Origin: Malacoraja senta
Lineage: Eukaryota
NCBI GenBank assembly: GCA_038087875.1
Contig: JAXLNO010000298.1
Coordinates: forward strand, 62,001-89,980
Length of the DNA: 27,980 nt
Direction: 5' to 3'
The notes beneath the pieces were generated by a model that worked only from the letters and a program-made list of their open reading frames with translations, did not search any database and had not been told where the DNA came from. The translations under genes were made by a program, and so were the position numbers. Of the stretch, positions 21,498-27,980 are shown piece after piece. Position 1 is the stretch's first letter; each line of letters begins with the position of its first letter.

Positions 21498-22249
21498 CTG
21501 GACTTTGCAAAAAATCATTTATTTTTTCACAGACAAAACCTGGGGTATAAGCAGATGAGTCTGGCAACAAGAATCCGCAGAGAAACCCATGCACATTCCA
21601 GTTTGGGACTTAAATGTTCTTAATTGAATCTACTGTATATATAGATGCACACATCATACATACAAATAAAAACAAAAACAAACAAAAATAGTGCAGAAAC
21701 ACAAAACCAATGGACCTGAGGCTATGTAGTTAAGAACTTACTTGGAGGTTGTCGTGTTTAATAGTCTAATGGCCGTATGGAAGAAGCTGTTTTATTCAGC
21801 TCTATTAGGTAAGCCGCATTGTTCACAAGCTTGATACCAAACTCCTATGAAAGTCAGGCTTCTTTGTAAAACACCTGTCCTGCGGCTGCACTCTGTTGTT
21901 AAGTTGCAGCATTGCATCATATCATAGAATTGACATTGCACAATTTAACTTGCCTTTTCCTAACAGATGTTTAATTATGATAAAAGGATAAATTAGACAG
22001 CAAACCAAATAAAGTACGTGTATGCCTGTGAGTTTACCACGCTATCCATCAGAGATCACATCTCTGGCGTGGCAAAATATTACTGGGGAGAAGTGGAAAT
22101 GACTCGGGTATGCTATCAAACCGTCCTTGAAAATTGGACGTTCCTTGCTGACCAATGGAAATCTTCGGCTCATGAACACTCCAACTGGAAAAGGGTGCAC
22201 CAGGGAACACACAAAAGCTCAGTGCAAATCCCAGCAGGAGTGCGACTAA

Positions 22250-22555
22250 GAGGCGGCCCAGTGCCTCAGCGTTAGCATTGCTGTCTTACAGCGCCAGAGA
22301 CCAGGGTTCGATCCTGACCGTGGGTGCTCACTGATGGAGTTTGTACGTTCTTCTTGTGACTGCATGGGTTTTCTCTGGATGCTCTGGTTTCCTCCCAAAT
22401 TCCAAAGATGTGCAGGTTTGTAGGTAAATTGGCTTCTGTAAATTTTCCCCACGTGTGTAGGGTAGGACTAATGTACGGGTCATTGCTGTTAGGTGCGGAC
22501 TCTGGCTGAAGGGCCTGTTTCTAGGTTGTATCTCTAAACTAAAGCTAAACTAAAC
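22250..22555 (+). mobile_element. HE1-like SINE (older, diverged)
   Basis: gggttcgatcctgacc B box; tail gaagggcctgtttc...tatctctaaactaaagctaaactaaa. Confidence 0.82.
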
Positions 22556-22606
22556 TCCCATTCGACCCATTGAGCACCTCTTGAAGCAAATCATGCATTA
22601 ACCTCA

Positions 22607-22740
22607 GATAGACACAAAATGCTGGAGTAACTCAGCGGGATAGGCAGCATCTCTGGATAGAAGGAATGTATGATGTTTCGGGTCGAGACCCTTCTTCAAT
22701 GTCTATCTTCGGTTTAAACCAGCTTAGGCAGTTCCTTCCC
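22607..22740. mobile_element. Short Penelope pseudo-LTR composite (minus piece + plus terminal piece)
   Basis: gatagacacaaaatgctggag...cttcttcaa followed by tgtctatcttcggtttaaaccagc...gcagttccttcc. Confidence 0.7.
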
Positions 22741-22883
22741 ATCCTCGATAACTAACTGAAAATTGGAGTATCAGCAAGTTATTCTTGACCCTGATGGACT
22801 GCATAAAAGGATTACAGACATTGGCATCTTGCCAGATATCCAAAAGAACTCACAAACATCGGTTTGTAGGCTCCTCTTCTTGC

Positions 22884-24842
22884 GTACGAAAGAACTGCAG
22901 ATGCTGGTTTAAATCGGTAGAGACAAAATGTGGGCTCTCTGCTCTCTAAAGCCTCCAACCATATCGTTCCCCAGCCCCGCACGGCCCGATTTTTATCTTC
23001 TCCCCAAAATCCACAAACAGAACTGTCCTGGCAGACCCCACTGATTCTGCCTGTTCAATTCGCACTGAATTAATTTCCACATACCTTGACTCGATCCTAT
23101 CCCGCCTGGTCCAATCTCTCCCTACCTATGTCCAAGACACCTCACAAGCTCTTCATCTCTTCAATGACTTCCGTTTTCCAGGCCCCCCATCCCTCATCTT
23201 CACCATGGAAGTCCAGTGACTCTACACCTCCAATCAGGAGGGTCTTAAAGCCCTCCATTTCTTCCTCGACCGCAGAACCAGCCAATTTCCATCTACTAAT
23301 ACTCTCCTCCACCTAGCAGAGCTGGTCCTTACCCTCAACAACTTCTTCGACTCCTCCCATTTCCTCCAAATCCAAGGAGTAGTTATGGTCATTCGCATGG
23401 GCCCCAGCTGTGCCTGCCTCTTTGTTGGGTACGTCGAACAATCACTGTTCCAGGCGAACTCGACCTCCGTTACATTGACGACTGCATTGGTGCTACCTCC
23501 TGCACCCATGCAGAACTCACTGACTTCATCAACTTCACGACCAATTTCCATTCTGCACTCAAATTCACTTGGACCATCTCCGACATCTCCCTACCGTTTC
23601 TAGATCTCACTGTCTCCATGACAGGAGACAGACAATTGATCAACATCTATTACAAACCCACTGACTCCCATGGCTATCTAGACTACACTTCTTCCCACCC
23701 TGCTTCCTGTAAAGACTACTCCCCTACTCCCAATTCCTCCGTCTACGCCGCATCTGCACCCAGGATGAGGTTTTCCATACCAGGGCATCGGAGATGTCCT
23801 CATTCTTTAGGAAACGGGGGTTCCCCTCTTCCATTATAGATGAGGCTCTCATATGGGTCTCCTCGATATCTCGCAGCTCTGCTTTTGCTCCCCCTCCCCC
23901 CTTTCGTAACAAGGACAGTGTCCCCATTGTCCTCACCTTCTACCCCATCAGCCGTTGCATACAGTATATAATCCTCCAAAATGTTTACCACCTCCAACAG
24001 GATCCCTCTACTGGCCATATCTTCCCATCTCCCATCTGGGAAAAATCTGGAATGGGGTGCTGATTTTGGATGATCAGCCATGATCATATTGAATGGCGGT
24101 ATTGGCTCAAAGGGCTGAATGGCCTATTCCTGCAGCTATTTTCTATGTTTCTATCTCCACCCCTTTCTGCTTTCCACAGAGACGGTTCCCTCTGCAACTC
24201 CCTGGTCAACTCGTCCCTTCCCATCCAAATCACTCCCTCTCCAGGTACTTTCCCCTGCAACCGCAGGAGATGCAACACCTGTCCCTTTATCTCTCCCCTC
24301 AACTCCATCCAAGGACTCTGACAGTCTTTCCAAATGAGGCAGAGGCCCACTTGCACCTCCTCCAACCTCATCTACTGTATCTGCTGTTCCAGATGTCAAC
24401 TCCTGTACATCGGCGAGACCAAGCGCAGGCTCGGCGATCGTTTTGCTGAACACCTCCACTCAGCTCGCGTGAACCAACCTGATCTCCCGGTTGCTAAACA
24501 CTTTAATTCTCCATCCCACTCCTACACAGACCTTTCTGTCCTGGGACTCCTCCATTGTCAGAGGCCCAGCGCAAATTGGAGGAACAGCATCTCATATTTT
24601 GCTTGGGTAGCTTACACCCCAGCCGTATGAACATTGACTTCTCTAACCAAATAGCCCTTGCTTTCCCTCTCTCTCCATCCCCTCCCGCTTCTCAGTTCTC
24701 CCGCCAGTCCTACTGTCTCTGACTACATTCTATCTCTGTCCCGCCCACTACCCTGACAGGTCTCGACCCGAAACGTCACTCATTCCTTCTCTCCAGAGAT
24801 GCTGCCTGTCTCGCTGAGTTACTCCAGCATTTTGTGTCTACA
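22884..24842 (+). mobile_element. Penelope-like element (5'-truncated, frameshifted RT + GIY-YIG) with 12-bp TSD
   Basis: RT fragments (MGPSCACLFVGYVEQ; IYYKPTDSHGYLDYTSSHP); Zn motif (FPCNRRRCNTCP); GIY-YIG (NLIYCICCSRCQLLYIGETKRRLGDRFAEH); inverted pLTR piece at 22884-22930; TSD tcctcttcttgc at 22872-22883 and 24843-24854. Confidence 0.92.
24033..24152 (+). mobile_element. CR1 3' end nested in the Penelope-like element
   Basis: Matches the CR1 tail at 11375-11485; flanked by atctcc at 24027-24032 and 24153-24158. Confidence 0.8.
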
Positions 24843-25048
24843 TCCTCTTCTTGCTTCTTTTTCAAGCAGTTCCTCCAGGAACCTTCTGGTTATAATAACT
24901 ACCTTAACAACAATCGAAGAATCTTCCTGAGGATAATCTGAAACTGGCCATCACTTTTCCTGTAACTGGACTTAGCAAAAATGGATGTATTTATTCTCAG
25001 ATAAAACCGGCAGTAGAACAAAATGAGTCTGTCAACAAGAATGCTAAA

Positions 25049-25458
25049 GGGCCTGTCCCACTTAGGCGACTTTTTAGGCGAGTGCAGGAGACTCTGTACT
25101 CGCCTCATGATCACCAAATGGTCGCCACATGTTCGCTGGTGGTCTCTGGTGAGTCTCCTTCATGGTCGCGAGGAGTTCCCGCATTCTCGGAACAAGTCGC
25201 GACCACAGTATGGTCGCAGCAAATTTTTCAACAGAGACGGTTCCCTCTGCAACTCCATGGTCAACTCGTCCCTTCCCATCCAAATCACCCCCTCCCCATT
25301 TTCTGTGACCAAACCATTGGTCGCCATGGAGAAAATCGATACTTTTGTAGTCGTAGGTGCAGTGGTAGTGGGGTCGCCATGTCGTTGTAGGTAGTCGAGG
25401 CAGCCGTAGGTAGTTTTAGTTAATCTCCTTTGCTGACCGGGCATTTTCATTGGCTCAT
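25049..25458 (+). mobile_element. Non-autonomous DNA transposon left part, PIF/Harbinger-like
   Basis: Begins taa-agggcctgtcccactta (Harbinger-like terminus after TAA); many gtcgc/gcgac motifs; right terminus not seen in the window. Confidence 0.5.
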
Positions 25459-25459
25459 T

Positions 25460-27980
25460 TACAGGTACTGTACCTTTAAACACCGGGGAGGCCTTCATGG
25501 AGTCCAGAATCGAGGCCGACGGGCAGGATCTCCCAGCAGCAACGGAGCTGGAGGTGCCGACGGTAAGGGAATCCCCGATCTCAGGGGAATCCCCGACCTC
25601 GCGGAGACTCGCAAGTACTGTACCTGTAAACACTGAGGGGGTATTCATGGAGTACGGAAACTTGGTCGTCGGGCAGGACAACAAGTAAGACTGAAGCTTC
25701 GGGGAGTTCGGCCCCCTCTCCCTTCCATCCTACTAGCTAACGTACAGTCACTAGAAAACAAAGTGGAGGACTTAAGTTCAAAGGTAGACAAAAATGCTGG
25801 AGAAACTCAGCGGGTGAGGCAGCATCTATGGAGCGAAGGAAATAGGCAACGTTTTGGGTCGAAACCCTCCAGCATCTGCAGTTCCTTCTTAAACAAAGGA
25901 CTTAAGGTCAAGGCTGCTTTACCAAAGGGAGCTGAGGGAATGCTCTATGTCCCGTTTCACAGAGACATGGCTCACCCCCAGCTCCCCAGACTCAGCGGTC
26001 CAGCCTGAAGGTTTCTCCATCCACCGTATGGACCGTACGCGAGCATTTGGGAAAGGGAGAGGAGGGGGCGTCTGCCTCTTGGTCAAGTCTTCGTGGTGCT
26101 CAGATATGGCAGTCCTATCTAACTCCTACTCTCTGTACCTGGGACACCTGGTGGTGAAGTGCCGCCCCTTCTACCTACCGAGGTAATTCACCTCCATTAT
26201 CCTGACTGCGGTCTACATCCCACCCCAGGCAGACATCCGTCTGGCATTGGGGTGCTGCACGCCGTGGTGAACAAGCACCAGATGGCTTACCCCGAGGCAT
26301 TTACCAGCATAGCCGGGGACTTCAACAAAGCCAACCTTAGGAAATCGCTCCCTAACTTCCACCAACATGTCTCCTGCAGCACCAGAGGACCAAACACCCT
26401 CAACCACTGCTACACCACCATCAAGGATGCCTATCACTCTATCCCTCGCCCTCACTTTGGTAAATCCAACCATAATGTGGTGCTGCTTCTTCCTGCCTAC
26501 AGGCAATTGTAGAGCGCACCCCCAGAGATGAGGACTGCACAAAGCTGTTCGGGGGTGGGGGTGGGGGAGGGAGGGCAGAGGAACAACTCCAGGACTGCTT
26601 GGAGTCTGTAGACTGGGCAATGTTCAGGGACTCGGCAACGGACCTGAATGAATACGCCACAGTCGTTACAGACTTCATAAAGAAATGTGTGGAGGACTGC
26701 ATCCCAACAAAAACCTTCCGAGTGGTTCCTAACCAGAAGCCTTGGATGAACCATGTGATCTGTATTCTTCTGAAGACCAGATCCCGGGCATTCAGGTCAG
26801 GAGATATAGAAGTCTACAAGAAGTCCAGAAACGACCTTGGTAAGGCCATCAAAAGGCCAAAAGTGACTTCTGCTCCAAGCTGGAGGATGAGACGGATGTT
26901 CAGCAACTTGAATGCCATCACCTCCTACAAGGCGAAATCAGGAGGCAGCTCAATTGTCAGCGAAGCATCACTCCCTGACGAGCTCAATGCGTTTTACACA
27001 CGCTTTGATAGGGAGAACACTTCCCGAGCCCCCATTCGGCGTGATGGTATTTCAATCACAGTCACAGAGGCCGACATCAGAAGATCCTTCAGGGGGAAGC
27101 GCCGAACCTGATGGTATACCGGTTGTGTTCTAAAAACCTTTGCGGACCAGCTGGCTGGAGTTTTTACAGGCATTTTCAACCTCTCACTTCTGAGGTCTGA
27201 GGTTCCCACCTGGTTTAAAAAGGCATCAATAATACCCAAGAAGAGCAAGGTGACGTGCCTCAATGACTATCGACCAGTGGCACTAACGTCTGTGGTGAAG
27301 TGCTTTGAGAGGTTGATTATGGCGCATATCAGCTCCTACCTCGACAAGAATCTCGACCCACTGCAGTTTGCTTAACGCCACACAGGTCAAAGGTGGATGC
27401 GATCTCACTGGCTCTCCATTCCGCTCTGGACCACTTCGATAACAAAAACTCATATATCAGGCTGTTATTCATACACTACTCACCATTTAATACCATCATC
27501 CTCTCCAAGCTGGTTACCAAGATCTCAGATCTGGGTCTCTGCGCATCCCTCTGCAATTGGATCCTCGATTTCCTCATCCACAGACCAGTCTGTCCGTATT
27601 GGTGGAAATGTGTCATCCTTGTTAACAATCAGCACGGGAGCACCTCAAGGCTGCGTGCTCAGCCCCCTGCTGTACTCACTCTATACTCATGACTGCGTAG
27701 CCGGACATAGTGCGAACCCATCATCAAGTTCGCCGACGACACCACTGTGGTTGGACGAATCACTGATAGTGATGAGTCAGAGTATAGAAGTGAGATCGAC
27801 CGATTGACCAAATGGTGCCAGCACAATAACCTGGCTCTCAACACCAGCAAAACCAAGGAACTGATTGTGGACTTTGGACTTCATATCAAACGGGACGATG
27901 GTGGAAAGGGTCAAGAACTTCAAATCCCTCGGCGCGCACATTTCCGAAGATCTTTCCTGGTCCCAGCACACTGATGCAAT
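25460..27980 (+). mobile_element. Rex1/Babar-clade LINE relic (APE endonuclease + RT), runs off the window end
   Basis: [115 protein letters not shown]; multiple frameshifts and stops. Confidence 0.92.
25777..25896. mobile_element. Short Penelope pseudo-LTR insertion with 10-bp TSD inside the Rex LINE
   Basis: aggacttaag at 25767-25776 and 25897-25906; the insert is a minus pLTR piece plus a plus-strand terminal piece. Confidence 0.82.

Noticed and set aside
17072..27980. Upstream DLGAP1 exons, including the short optional exon recalled from mammals
   Set aside because: No matching sequence found by eye; they probably lie beyond the window.
22884..27980. Active autonomous retroelements or a novel RT-nuclease system
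   Set aside because: Both RT-bearing elements fit known Penelope and Rex/Babar architectures and are broken by frameshifts, stops and nested insertions.

Overview
Eukaryotic, repeat-dense vertebrate DNA. The repeat repertoire suggests a cartilaginous fish, probably a skate or ray (inference). The window lies inside a DLGAP1 (GKAP/SAPAP1) gene on the minus strand. Three internal coding exons with GT-AG boundaries and matching phases are visible (17071-16707, 10685-10600, 5335-4917); the 86-nt middle exon is absent from the ORF track. The introns hold six HE1-like tRNA-derived SINEs, many CR1 3' fragments, Rex1/Babar LINE relics, a 5'-truncated L1 with a target-site duplication (TSD), a Vingi/Ingi-like fragment and two DNA-transposon relics. 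They also hold a TSD-flanked Penelope-like element (RT + GIY-YIG) with scattered pseudo-LTR pieces carrying decayed hammerhead-ribozyme motifs, and a non-autonomous Helitron with intact termini. The most notable observations are the hammerhead relics, the Helitron/retroposon double insertion, two apparent locally templated copies (88 bp exact; 68 bp with 3 mismatches) and a 147-bp CpG-rich orphan insert. I found no convincing wholly new biological system. Most listed ORFs are TE debris or GC-rich chance ORFs. TE boundaries without TSDs are approximate.
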